Below, in pieces: positions 25,663 to 32,000 of a stretch of DNA of 32,000 bases. The stretch is from Pseudomonas aeruginosa (GTDB lineage Bacteria; Pseudomonadota; Gammaproteobacteria; Pseudomonadales; Pseudomonadaceae), in contig NZ_LN831024.1 of the NCBI RefSeq assembly GCF_001457615.1, positions 6,240,001-6,272,000 on the forward strand. Reading direction: 5' to 3'. Position numbers and translations under genes: made by a program. Numbering within the stretch: position 1 is the stretch's first letter; the number at the start of each line of letters is the position of its first letter. The notes beneath the pieces are model-generated. The model did no database searches, had not been told where the DNA came from, and worked only from the letters and a program-made list of their open reading frames with translations.

Positions 25663-26421
25663 TCAGCGGCCAGCGGACAGGCCGAAGTCCACCGCCAGGT
25701 CGGCGCCCGTGATCGCTTCGGCCTGAGGGCCGCAGAGATACCAGACCAGCTCGGCGACTTCTTCCGGGCGGATGAAGCGTGCCGCCTTGCCCTGTGGATA
25801 ATCCTTCAGCAGCGCGCGCTTGTAGCCATCCGGATTGCCCATCCCATAGCGTTCGGCCTGGTAGTCGAGCATCGGCGTGGCGATATCCGCCGGCGACACG
25901 GCGTTGACCCGCACGCCCTGCTCGGCCAGTTCCAGCGCCAGGGTCTTGCTCAGCATGGTCAGCGCCGCCTTGCTCGCGCAATACGCCGCCGAACCCCGGT
26001 AGGCCTGGCGTCCGGAGTCGCTGGAGATGTTGACGATGCTGCCCTGGTTTTCCTTCAGGTAGGGAATCGCGGCCTGGCACATGTAGAAGGAGGCCTTGAG
26101 GTTGACTCCCAGGACCAGGTCGAAATCCTCCTCGGTGAAATTTTCCACAGGCCCCTCGCGCCAGACGCCCGCGGCATTCACCAGGGCGTCGAGACGTCCG
26201 GTACGGGCGAGAATCTTCGACATCAGGGTATGGCAGTTATCCGCGCTGCGCAGGTCGGCGACCCCGCTGGCGTCCAACGGCACCTGCGCGTTCAGCGCGT
26301 GCAGGCCCTCCTTATCCACATCCGTGGCGGCGATGCGCCAATGACTCTGGGCGAAACGCTTGGCGATTGCCCGGCCCAAGCCGCCGGCTGCACCAGTGAT
26401 AAGAACGACGGGCGTGCTCAT
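25663..26421 (-). CDS. Short-chain dehydrogenase/reductase (classical SDR)
   Basis: The internal ATG (26421) follows AGGAG/AAGGAA. MSTPVVLITGAAGGLGRAIA (TGxxxGxG), NAAG, and catalytic YCASK. Confidence 0.87.
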   Translation of the reverse strand: MSTPVVLITGAAGGLGRAIAKRFAQSHWRIAATDVDKEGLHALNAQVPLDASGVADLRSADNCHTLMSKILARTGRLDALVNAAGVWREGPVENFTEEDFDLVLGVNLKASFYMCQAAIPYLKENQGSIVNISSDSGRQAYRGSAAYCASKAALTMLSKTLALELAEQGVRVNAVSPADIATPMLDYQAERYGMGNPDGYKRALLKDYPQGKAARFIRPEEVAELVWYLCGPQAEAITGADLAVDFGLSAGR

Positions 26422-26515
26422 CTGCTTTTCCTTACTCCTGTGCCGCGTGGAAAACACCGACGGCCAATCGGCCGCCCGCTTCAATGACTGACCGGCAACG
26501 CCGGCAGCCGTTCAT

Positions 26516-27883
26516 TCAGGCCTGGTTGAGATACCAGCGCCAGTCCTGCTCGCCGACCTCGCCCATGAAGGCACGGTATTCGGCCTGCTTGATCGCCAGG
26601 TAGATCTTCAGGAAATCCTCGCCGAGCGCCTCGCGCGCCCAGGCCGAGCCCTCCAGCGCGCGCAGCGCGGTCAGCCAGTCGCTCGGCAACGCCTGGGTGG
26701 CTTGAGCGTAGCCGTTGCCGGTGATCGGCGCACCGGGGTCGAGTCGCTCGCGAATCCCCAGGCGCACCGCCGCGAGCAACGCCGCCGCCGCCAGGTAGGG
26801 ATTGGCGTCGGCGCCGCAGATGCGGTGCTCGATGTGCCGGCTGGACGCCGGGCCGCCGGGAACCCGCAGCGACACGGTGCGGTTGTTGATTCCCCAGGTC
26901 GGCGCCAGCGGCGCGTAGCTGTTCGCCTGGAAGCGGCGGAACGAGTTGGCGTTCGGACAGAACAGCGCCAAAGACTCCAGCAGGCACGCCTTCATTCCAC
27001 CGATGGCCTGGCGCAGCAGCGGGGTCCCGGCCGGGTCCTCGCTGGCGAACAGATTGTTGCCAGCGGCGTCGGCCAGGCTGACGTGCAGGTGCAGGCCGTT
27101 GCCGGATAGATCGGCGAACGGCTTGGCCATAAAGCAGGCCTGCAACCCATGGCGATTCGCCACACCCTTGACCAGGCGCTTGTAGCGCACGCCTTCGTCG
27201 ATCGCCTGGAGCGCGTCGAAGCGGTGCTGCAGGGTAATCTCCACCTGCCCCGGCGCGTACTCCGAGATCGCCGTGCGCGCCGGCAGGCCCTGGGCCTCGC
27301 AGGCGGCATACAAGTCATCGAGGAATGGCTGCAACTGCTCCAGCTCGTAGACGCCATAGACCTGGGTCGCCCGCGGCCGCTGGCCATTCATCTGCAACGC
27401 CGGCAACGGCCGGCCGTCGCTGTCGCGTTCGCGGTCGAGCAGGTAGAACTCCAGTTCCACCGCCATCACCGGGTGGAAACCCTCCGCCTGCAGGCTGTGG
27501 ATAACCCGCTGCAGCACATGCCGGGGATCGCCCGCCGCGGCCGGTAGCCCGAACTCGGGATGCATGCTGACCTGCACCTGTCCGGTCGGTGACTGCCGCC
27601 AGGGTTGCAGGGTCAGGCTGCCGGGCAGCGGGAAGGTCCAGCAATCGGCATCGCCGACGTCCCAGACCAGGCCGGTCTCCTCGACGTCATCGCCATTGAT
27701 GGTCAGGCCGAGGATGGTGCTCGGCAGCGGCCGCCCGCTTTCGTAGACCGCCAGCAGCTCGTCGCGATGCAGCAGCTTGCCACGCGGCACGCCGTTGGCG
27801 TCGATCAGGAACAGCTCGATGCTGCGCACCTCGGGGTGTGCGGCGAGGAACTCGCGGGCTTCCCGCGGATCGGCGAAATGCAT
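26516..27883 (-). CDS. pauA7: Glutamine-synthetase-like gamma-glutamyl ligase (PuuA/Pau-type; substrate unknown)
   Basis: 455 aa. GS N-terminal beta-grasp (IELFLIDANGVPRGK) and catalytic domain (MAVELEFYLLD, NGLHLHVSL). Its ATG lies 1 nt after the aminotransferase stop. Symbol from memory, moderate certainty. Confidence 0.85.
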   Translation of the reverse strand: MHFADPREAREFLAAHPEVRSIELFLIDANGVPRGKLLHRDELLAVYESGRPLPSTILGLTINGDDVEETGLVWDVGDADCWTFPLPGSLTLQPWRQSPTGQVQVSMHPEFGLPAAAGDPRHVLQRVIHSLQAEGFHPVMAVELEFYLLDRERDSDGRPLPALQMNGQRPRATQVYGVYELEQLQPFLDDLYAACEAQGLPARTAISEYAPGQVEITLQHRFDALQAIDEGVRYKRLVKGVANRHGLQACFMAKPFADLSGNGLHLHVSLADAAGNNLFASEDPAGTPLLRQAIGGMKACLLESLALFCPNANSFRRFQANSYAPLAPTWGINNRTVSLRVPGGPASSRHIEHRICGADANPYLAAAALLAAVRLGIRERLDPGAPITGNGYAQATQALPSDWLTALRALEGSAWAREALGEDFLKIYLAIKQAEYRAFMGEVGEQDWRWYLNQA

Positions 27884-27884
27884 C

Positions 27885-29279
27885 TCAGGCCTCCCGCGCG
27901 CCGGGTATGGCGAGCAACTCGCCGAGCGCCTCGTCGAGGCTGGAGAGCAGGCGGTCGACGTCTTCTTCGCGAGTGTCCGGGCAACACAGGGTCATGTTGT
28001 GGAACGGCGTGATGAGGATGCCGCGGTTGATCAGATACAGGTGCAAGGCCATCTGCAGGCTGTCGTGGAACGCCGCCTCGGCGGCCGCGCCGTCGCGTGG
28101 GGGGTGCGGGCAGAACTGGAACTCGCTGCGCGCGCCGAGCTCGGTCACCGACCAGGCCAGGCCGTGCTTGTGGATAATCCTGCGGAAGCCCTCGGCCAGA
28201 CGCGCCGCCAGGGGCAGCATGTGGGCGTAGGCGGCATCGGTCATCACCTCTTCCAGGTTGGCGCGCATACAGCGCATCGCCAGGGCGTTGGCCGACAGCG
28301 TGGTACCCATGCCGCTGTGGCCGTGGCCTTCGCTCTGCTCGCTGGCACGTGCCCTGGCCAGTTGCATGGCGCTGGCCATCGCCGCGCTGCAACCATACAC
28401 CGAGCACGGTACGCCGCCGGCGATCGGCTTGCCGAGGGTGATGAAGTCCGGCTCGAGTTTCCAGGCGCGGGTACAGCCGCCTGGTCCGGTGGAGATGGTG
28501 TGGGTCTCGTCGATGATCAGCAGCGTGCCGTGACGACGGGTCAGCTCGCGCAGCTTCTGGTGGAAGCCGGGTTGCGGCAGGACCATACCGATGTTGGTCA
28601 TCGCCGGCTCGCAGAGCACGGCGGCCACGTCTTCGCTGGCCAGCGCCCGCTCCAGGGCCTGGAGGTCGTTGAACGGCACCGCGCGGCTGAACTGGGTGAG
28701 GTCGTGGGCCTGGCCGAGCAGGCCGGAGCGATGCACGGTGCGGCTGTCGCGGCAGCGAACCAGGGTGTCGTCGACCGTGCCGTGGTAGCAACCGTCGAAT
28801 ACCAGCACCACCTTGCGACCGGTGATCGCACGCGCCCAGCGCAGGACGAAGCGGTTGGCGTCGGTGGCGGTGGTCGCTACCTGCCAGAACGGCAGGCCGA
28901 AGCGCTGCGCCAGCAGCTCGCCGGCGACGATGGCATCCTCCCCCGGAAGCATGGTGGTGAGGCCGTTCGCGCCCTGCTCGGCGAGTGCCCGGGCGATCGG
29001 CGCCGGAGAATGACCGAACATGCTGCCGGTGTCGCCCAGGCAGAAGTCCACGTAGACGTGGCCATCCACATCATGGAAACGCGCGCCGTGGGCACGCTCC
29101 ACGAACAGCGGACAGGGTGTCGACCAATCGCTCATCCAGTGCATCGGCACGCCGTCGAACAACGCACGCCGGGCTCGCTCGGCGAGCGCGACGGACTGTG
29201 GATTTTGCGCAAGGAAACGTTGCTGCTCGCGGGCCATGAAGGTTTCCACGGCGGCTTCGGCGATGCCACTGGCGGTCAT
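27885..29279 (-). CDS. Class III PLP-dependent aminotransferase (glutamate-1-semialdehyde aminomutase-like)
   Basis: ATG at 29279 is preceded by GAGG at an 8-nt spacing; the track's upstream TTG at 29309 is less likely. Motifs: GDTGSMFGHSP, LLIIDETHT, and the PLP-lysine context ITLGKPIAGG. Confidence 0.84.
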   Translation of the reverse strand: MTASGIAEAAVETFMAREQQRFLAQNPQSVALAERARRALFDGVPMHWMSDWSTPCPLFVERAHGARFHDVDGHVYVDFCLGDTGSMFGHSPAPIARALAEQGANGLTTMLPGEDAIVAGELLAQRFGLPFWQVATTATDANRFVLRWARAITGRKVVLVFDGCYHGTVDDTLVRCRDSRTVHRSGLLGQAHDLTQFSRAVPFNDLQALERALASEDVAAVLCEPAMTNIGMVLPQPGFHQKLRELTRRHGTLLIIDETHTISTGPGGCTRAWKLEPDFITLGKPIAGGVPCSVYGCSAAMASAMQLARARASEQSEGHGHSGMGTTLSANALAMRCMRANLEEVMTDAAYAHMLPLAARLAEGFRRIIHKHGLAWSVTELGARSEFQFCPHPPRDGAAAEAAFHDSLQMALHLYLINRGILITPFHNMTLCCPDTREEDVDRLLSSLDEALGELLAIPGAREA

Positions 29280-29315
29280 TTCGAACACCTCGTTTTTTAT
29301 TTCGCACAACTTTCA

Positions 29316-29331
29316 TTTGTGATCACAAAAA
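29316..29331. promoter_or_regulatory. Palindromic operator copy 1 (TTTGTGATCACAAAAA), probable GntR-family binding site
   Basis: Perfect 14-bp palindrome TTTGTGATCACAAA (29316-29329), located between the aminotransferase start region and a TTGACT hexamer (minus strand, 29337-29332). Its GT-N-AC core fits GntR/FadR-type operators. Confidence 0.6.
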
Positions 29332-29379
29332 AGTCAATACAGTATTTGAAAGCACTGATAATCTGTTTTCCATGTCAAT

Positions 29380-29395
29380 TTTGTGATCACAAAAA
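29380..29395. promoter_or_regulatory. Palindromic operator copy 2 (TTTGTGATCACAAAAA), probable GntR-family binding site
   Basis: Exact 16-nt repeat of copy 1, 64 bp away. The palindrome extends to 16 bp (TTTTGTGATCACAAAA, 29379-29394) and abuts the SDR ATG at 29395. Confidence 0.6.
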
Positions 29396-30177
29396 TGAAC
29401 GATTTTCCGAAGTGGACAGGCCAGGTCGCGCTCATCAGCGGCGCCGGCAGCGAACTCGGTATCGGTTTCGCCATTGCCCGGCGACTGGCCCGCGAAGGCG
29501 TGCGCCTGCTGATCACCGCCAGCAGCGAGCGGATTCGGCAACGAGCGGAGGAACTGAGCGCATGCGGTCACGACGTGCGCGCCGCGAGCGCCGACCTGAC
29601 CGACGAAGCCCAGGTGCAGGGCCTGCTGGACTGGGCCGAAGCCCAGTGGGGACGGGTCGACATCCTGGTGAACAATGCCGGCATGGCCCAGTTGAACAGC
29701 GCGGAACCCTTCAGCGCAGTGGAAGCGACCTCGCTGCGGGATTGGCAACTGTCCCTCTCGCGCAACCTGACCAGCGCTTTCCTGCTCACCCGCGGCCTGC
29801 TGCCGGGCATGCGCGAGCGCGGCTACGGGCGGATCGTCAACGTCGCCTCCACCACCGGAACCCGCGGCAGCAACCCGGGCGAAGCCGCGTATAGCGCGGC
29901 CAAGGCCGGTCTGGTCGGCTGGAGCATGGGCCTGGCGCTGGAGGTGGCGAAGAGCGGCATCACGGTGAACAGCGTCGCGCCGGGCTGGATCGCCACCGCC
30001 TCGAGCACCGCCGAAGAACGCCAGGCCGCCCTGGCCAGCCCCAGCGGACGTGCCGGCCGGCCCGAAGAGGTGGCCGCCGCGGTGGCCTTCCTCGCCTCGC
30101 CCGAAGCCAGCTTCGTCAACGGCGAACTGCTGGTGGTGGATGGCGGCAACTGCCTGATCGAAAACAAACGGAGCTGA
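29395..30177 (+). CDS. Short-chain dehydrogenase/reductase (FabG-like SDR)
   Basis: ATG at 29395 (the track starts at an in-frame GTG at 29383). ALISGAGSELGIGFA, NNAG, and catalytic YSAAKAG. No recognisable SD; the leader is A-rich. Confidence 0.84.
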   Translation: MNDFPKWTGQVALISGAGSELGIGFAIARRLAREGVRLLITASSERIRQRAEELSACGHDVRAASADLTDEAQVQGLLDWAEAQWGRVDILVNNAGMAQLNSAEPFSAVEATSLRDWQLSLSRNLTSAFLLTRGLLPGMRERGYGRIVNVASTTGTRGSNPGEAAYSAAKAGLVGWSMGLALEVAKSGITVNSVAPGWIATASSTAEERQAALASPSGRAGRPEEVAAAVAFLASPEASFVNGELLVVDGGNCLIENKRS

Positions 30178-30241
30178 ACATGCGCAACTGCAGCCTGACG
30201 CTTTCCCAGCTTCCGGCGCCACCGGCGACCCGGAGCTGACC

Positions 30242-30922
30242 ATGGCCGAGAATCTCCAGGAACGACTCTACCAACGACTGCGGGAAGACTTGCTGGCCGG
30301 ACGTTTCCAGCCCGGCGAGCGACTGAAGATCCGCGACCTGGCGAACCAGTGGGGCACCAGCCCGATGCCGGTTCGCGCCGCCCTGCAACGGCTGGTGGCG
30401 GAAGGGGCGCTGGAGGGCGAGGCACAACGCTCGCTCAGGGTGCCGCTAATGACCCGCGAGCGTTTCCTGCAGATCCTCCAGGTGCGCCTGTCCCTCGAAG
30501 GGCTGGCGGCCGAAAGCGCCAGCGGCCGGCTGGACGAGCAGGCACTGGAAGGACTCGAAGGTTGTCTGCGGCGAATGGAGGACGCCTTGCGCCGACGCGA
30601 GGTACAGGCCTACCTGGAAGCCAATAGCGAATTCCACCTGACGCTCTACCGCGCCTGCGGCAACCCGGTGCTGCTGCGTCTCATCGAGACGCTCTGGCTA
30701 CAGGTCGGGCCGTTCTTCAACCGGCTGTTCACCGAGGCCGACCTCTCCCTACGTCTGAACGATTTCCACGAGGACGCCCTGGACGCGCTACGCCGCGGCG
30801 ACGGCCCGGCCGCGCGCGCGGCGATCGAACAGGACCTGGCCTACTTCGGTCAGTACCTGCTGAACCTCCTGGAGCTGGAGGCCCGGCCACGAAAGCGACA
30901 CCGTTCCGGCGAGCACGCCTGA
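30242..30922 (+). CDS. GntR-family transcriptional regulator, FadR subfamily (wHTH + FCD domain)
   Basis: LKIRDLANQWGTSPMPVRAALQRLVAEGAL is the GntR winged HTH. The C-terminal all-helical FCD-like domain includes EFHLTLYRACGNPVL. Confidence 0.87.
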   Translation: MAENLQERLYQRLREDLLAGRFQPGERLKIRDLANQWGTSPMPVRAALQRLVAEGALEGEAQRSLRVPLMTRERFLQILQVRLSLEGLAAESASGRLDEQALEGLEGCLRRMEDALRRREVQAYLEANSEFHLTLYRACGNPVLLRLIETLWLQVGPFFNRLFTEADLSLRLNDFHEDALDALRRGDGPAARAAIEQDLAYFGQYLLNLLELEARPRKRHRSGEHA

Positions 30923-30938
30923 CGGGAGATAAGCGCCG

Positions 30939-31151
30939 CTACTGCGGGCGAATGGTGCGCACATTGTCCTTCTTGATCAGGATGGTGTCGCCATTCAGCT
31001 GTTCGAACTCGTAGTAGTCATTGTATTTGTCGTAATCCGACTGATCCTTGACCAGGACCTCGCTGCCATCTTGCAAAGTGACCACCGCCTGGTTGGCGCA
31101 ACCCGCCAGGCTGGTCAGCAGCAATGCAGCGAACAGAGCTTTGAACTTCAT
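30939..31151 (-). CDS. YgdI/YgdR-family (DUF903) small lipoprotein
   Basis: MKFKALFAALLLTSLAGC is a lipobox. The mature part resembles E. coli YgdI (TLQDGSEVLVKD ... IKKDNVRTIRP). GGAG lies 6 nt upstream. Confidence 0.8.
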   Translation of the reverse strand: MKFKALFAALLLTSLAGCANQAVVTLQDGSEVLVKDQSDYDKYNDYYEFEQLNGDTILIKKDNVRTIRPQ

Positions 31152-31368
31152 AGAATCTCCACACGGGGCAGCGCACTTGCCTACATCCGGAGCGACAAGT
31201 GCGGAATTGCCCTTGTGACCGTCGCAATCGAGGGAAATTCCTTAGCGCAGCGGCGCTTTGTCGGAGACGAAGCGCCGACGGCGCCGCGCAGGGCCTCCAG
31301 GCAGCCTCGCGCGACGTCGGGAAGTCAGCGGCAAAGGCGCGTTGCAGAGCCTTTGCGGCGGTTCAGGC

Positions 31369-31770
31369 TCAGCTCTCCAGCCAGACGTCGCGAGCCCAGA
31401 CCCACACCGAATCCCAGCTTTCATCGGTGAGGTCGCCATCGGCCCAGAGCACCACCTCGCCGTCCTCCGCCACGCAGTAGTAGCTGCCGTCGTCCTCGCA
31501 AAGCGGGATCAGCTCGCGCGGAACGCCCAGGTCCCAGGCAGTGGCCGCCACTTCGGGCAGATAGGTGTGCGAGTGCGGATCGGTCACGGTCACCGGCTCC
31601 AGGCGGCCGTAGACCACATCGCTGACCAGCAGGAGGAATTCGCGGAACTCGGCGGGAATGCCGATCAGCAGCTCTTCCTCGATTTCCACCAGCAGTTCTT
31701 CTTCCGGCAGTTCCAGGGGCACCGGAACCGGTTCGTTGAGTTCACGCAGTTTTTCGATGACGTCTTCCAC
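31369..31770 (-). CDS. SMI1/KNR4 (SUKH-superfamily)-like protein
   Basis: GTG at 31770 follows GAGAGAG. IPAEFREFLLLVSDVVYGRLE and DGSYYCVAEDGEVVLW resemble SUKH family signatures. The longer ORF to 31956 would read through a terminator hairpin and a TATAAA promoter-like element (31807-31802, minus). The start and the family call are moderately uncertain. Confidence 0.55.
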   Translation of the reverse strand: MEDVIEKLRELNEPVPVPLELPEEELLVEIEEELLIGIPAEFREFLLLVSDVVYGRLEPVTVTDPHSHTYLPEVAATAWDLGVPRELIPLCEDDGSYYCVAEDGEVVLWADGDLTDESWDSVWVWARDVWLES

Positions 31771-31897
31771 GACAGGCTCTCTCGCAACGGGTGGCGCGCT
31801 TTTTATACAGTAGCCGCACCGAGCGCAAGACAAGTGTCGCGGCTGGCCTTCGGCCATGGCGCCGGACGAATGGTCGGTCAACCCGCCAACGGAGATG

Positions 31898-31930
31898 AAA
31901 AAACCCCCGTTCCCTGGCGGAAGCGGGGGG
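31898..31930 (-). terminator. Rho-independent terminator (minus strand) of the gene ending at about 31967
   Basis: The minus strand reads CCCCCG-cttccgccagggaa-CGGGGG followed by TTTTTT (31903-31898). Confidence 0.68.
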
Positions 31931-31966
31931 TTCGGCGGCCCCCGAAGGGACCGCAACCACTCGGGA

Positions 31967-32000
31967 TCAGTTCTGCCGGATACCGGCCACCAGCCATGGC
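31967..32000 (-). CDS. 3' end of an unidentified minus-strand CDS entering from the right edge
   Basis: One minus frame reads ...PWLVAGIRQN then TGA (31969-31967), 37 nt upstream of the terminator. Only 11 codons are visible, so both product and frame are tentative. Confidence 0.3.
   Translation of the reverse strand, partial: PWLVAGIRQN

Noticed and set aside
24112-26080. Long ORFs 24112..25578 (+, 488 aa) and 24785..26080 (-, 431 aa)
   Set aside because: They overlap, in antisense or out of frame, the thioesterase, the secreted hypothetical gene and the SDR. They also read through the strong inter-gene hairpin, and they are Arg/Pro/Gly-rich.
25619-26153. 13-nt exact repeat TTTTCCACAGGCC (25619-25631 and 26141-26153) as evidence of a duplication or mobile repeat
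   Set aside because: A single 13-mer match between two places in 32 kb of biased-composition DNA is within chance expectation. The flanks do not extend the similarity beyond a few bases.
29319-29328. TGTGATCACA cores read as CRP/Vfr sites
   Set aside because: CRP/Vfr sites have TGTGA and TCACA separated by a 6-bp spacer. Here the half-sites abut directly, which fits GntR/FadR-type operators better.
27777-29894. 705-aa plus-strand ORF, the longest in the track
   Set aside because: It runs antisense through the GS-like and aminotransferase genes, then straight across the AT-rich divergent promoter with both palindromes, and out of frame into the SDR. It is not a plausible single gene.
31771-31956. 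Longer (195-aa) version of the SUKH-like ORF
   Set aside because: The extra codons would encode the terminator hairpin and T-run (PPNPPLPPGNGGFF) and an AT-rich TATAAA promoter-like element with rare codons. GTG 31770 with an upstream GAGAGAG is more plausible.
1-32000. Search for CRISPR arrays, tRNA/rRNA genes, IS elements, integrases, phage or defence-system gene sets
   Set aside because: I saw no regularly spaced direct repeats, no cloverleaf-compatible or rRNA-like segments, and no transposase, integrase or nuclease-helicase type ORFs. Every sizeable ORF with host-like coding signal is accounted for by metabolic, transport or regulatory families.

Overview
High-GC (about two-thirds G+C by hand counts) gamma-proteobacterial chromosome. 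From the protein sequences I recognise Pseudomonas aeruginosa; the gene order matches my memory of PAO1 around PA5497-PA5528, which I cannot verify here. It reads mostly as core genome. Left to right: the 5' part of class II ribonucleotide reductase nrdJa (minus strand, runs off the left edge) with tandem NrdR-like boxes; the zinc-uptake locus znuA <-> zur-znuC-znuB with a Zur box, followed by an appended lipoprotein gene; metNIQ; a tightly coupled five-gene operon (RpiR regulator, isochorismatase-like hydrolase, glutamine-synthetase-like ligase, N-formylglutamate-amidohydrolase-like enzyme, APC permease); mifSR; poxA plus the OXA-50-type class D beta-lactamase; a DUF3301 gene; pdxY; a lower-GC acyltransferase-3 gene; a ybaL-like CPA2 antiporter translationally coupled to a DedA/YqaA-like gene; an acyl-CoA thioesterase; a secreted hypothetical protein; a second GS-like cluster (aminotransferase, GS-like, SDR, divergent from SDR-GntR) with two identical palindromic operators; a YgdI-type lipoprotein; and a SUKH-like protein. 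I found no CRISPR array, rRNA, tRNA, IS element or prophage. Most long ORFs in the six-frame track are antisense or out-of-frame shadows typical of GC-rich DNA. The most interesting items are: (1) the two orphan gamma-glutamylation-type catabolic modules, whose substrates cannot be inferred; (2) the twin palindromes in the GntR-controlled divergent promoter; (3) the compositionally atypical acyltransferase block, whose edges lie in the 3' ends of both neighbours; (4) a plus-strand intrinsic terminator with no plus-strand gene in the 378-bp ybaL upstream region. I see no clear novel defence or mobile system. All functional calls rest on my own recognition of motifs and families, not on searches.
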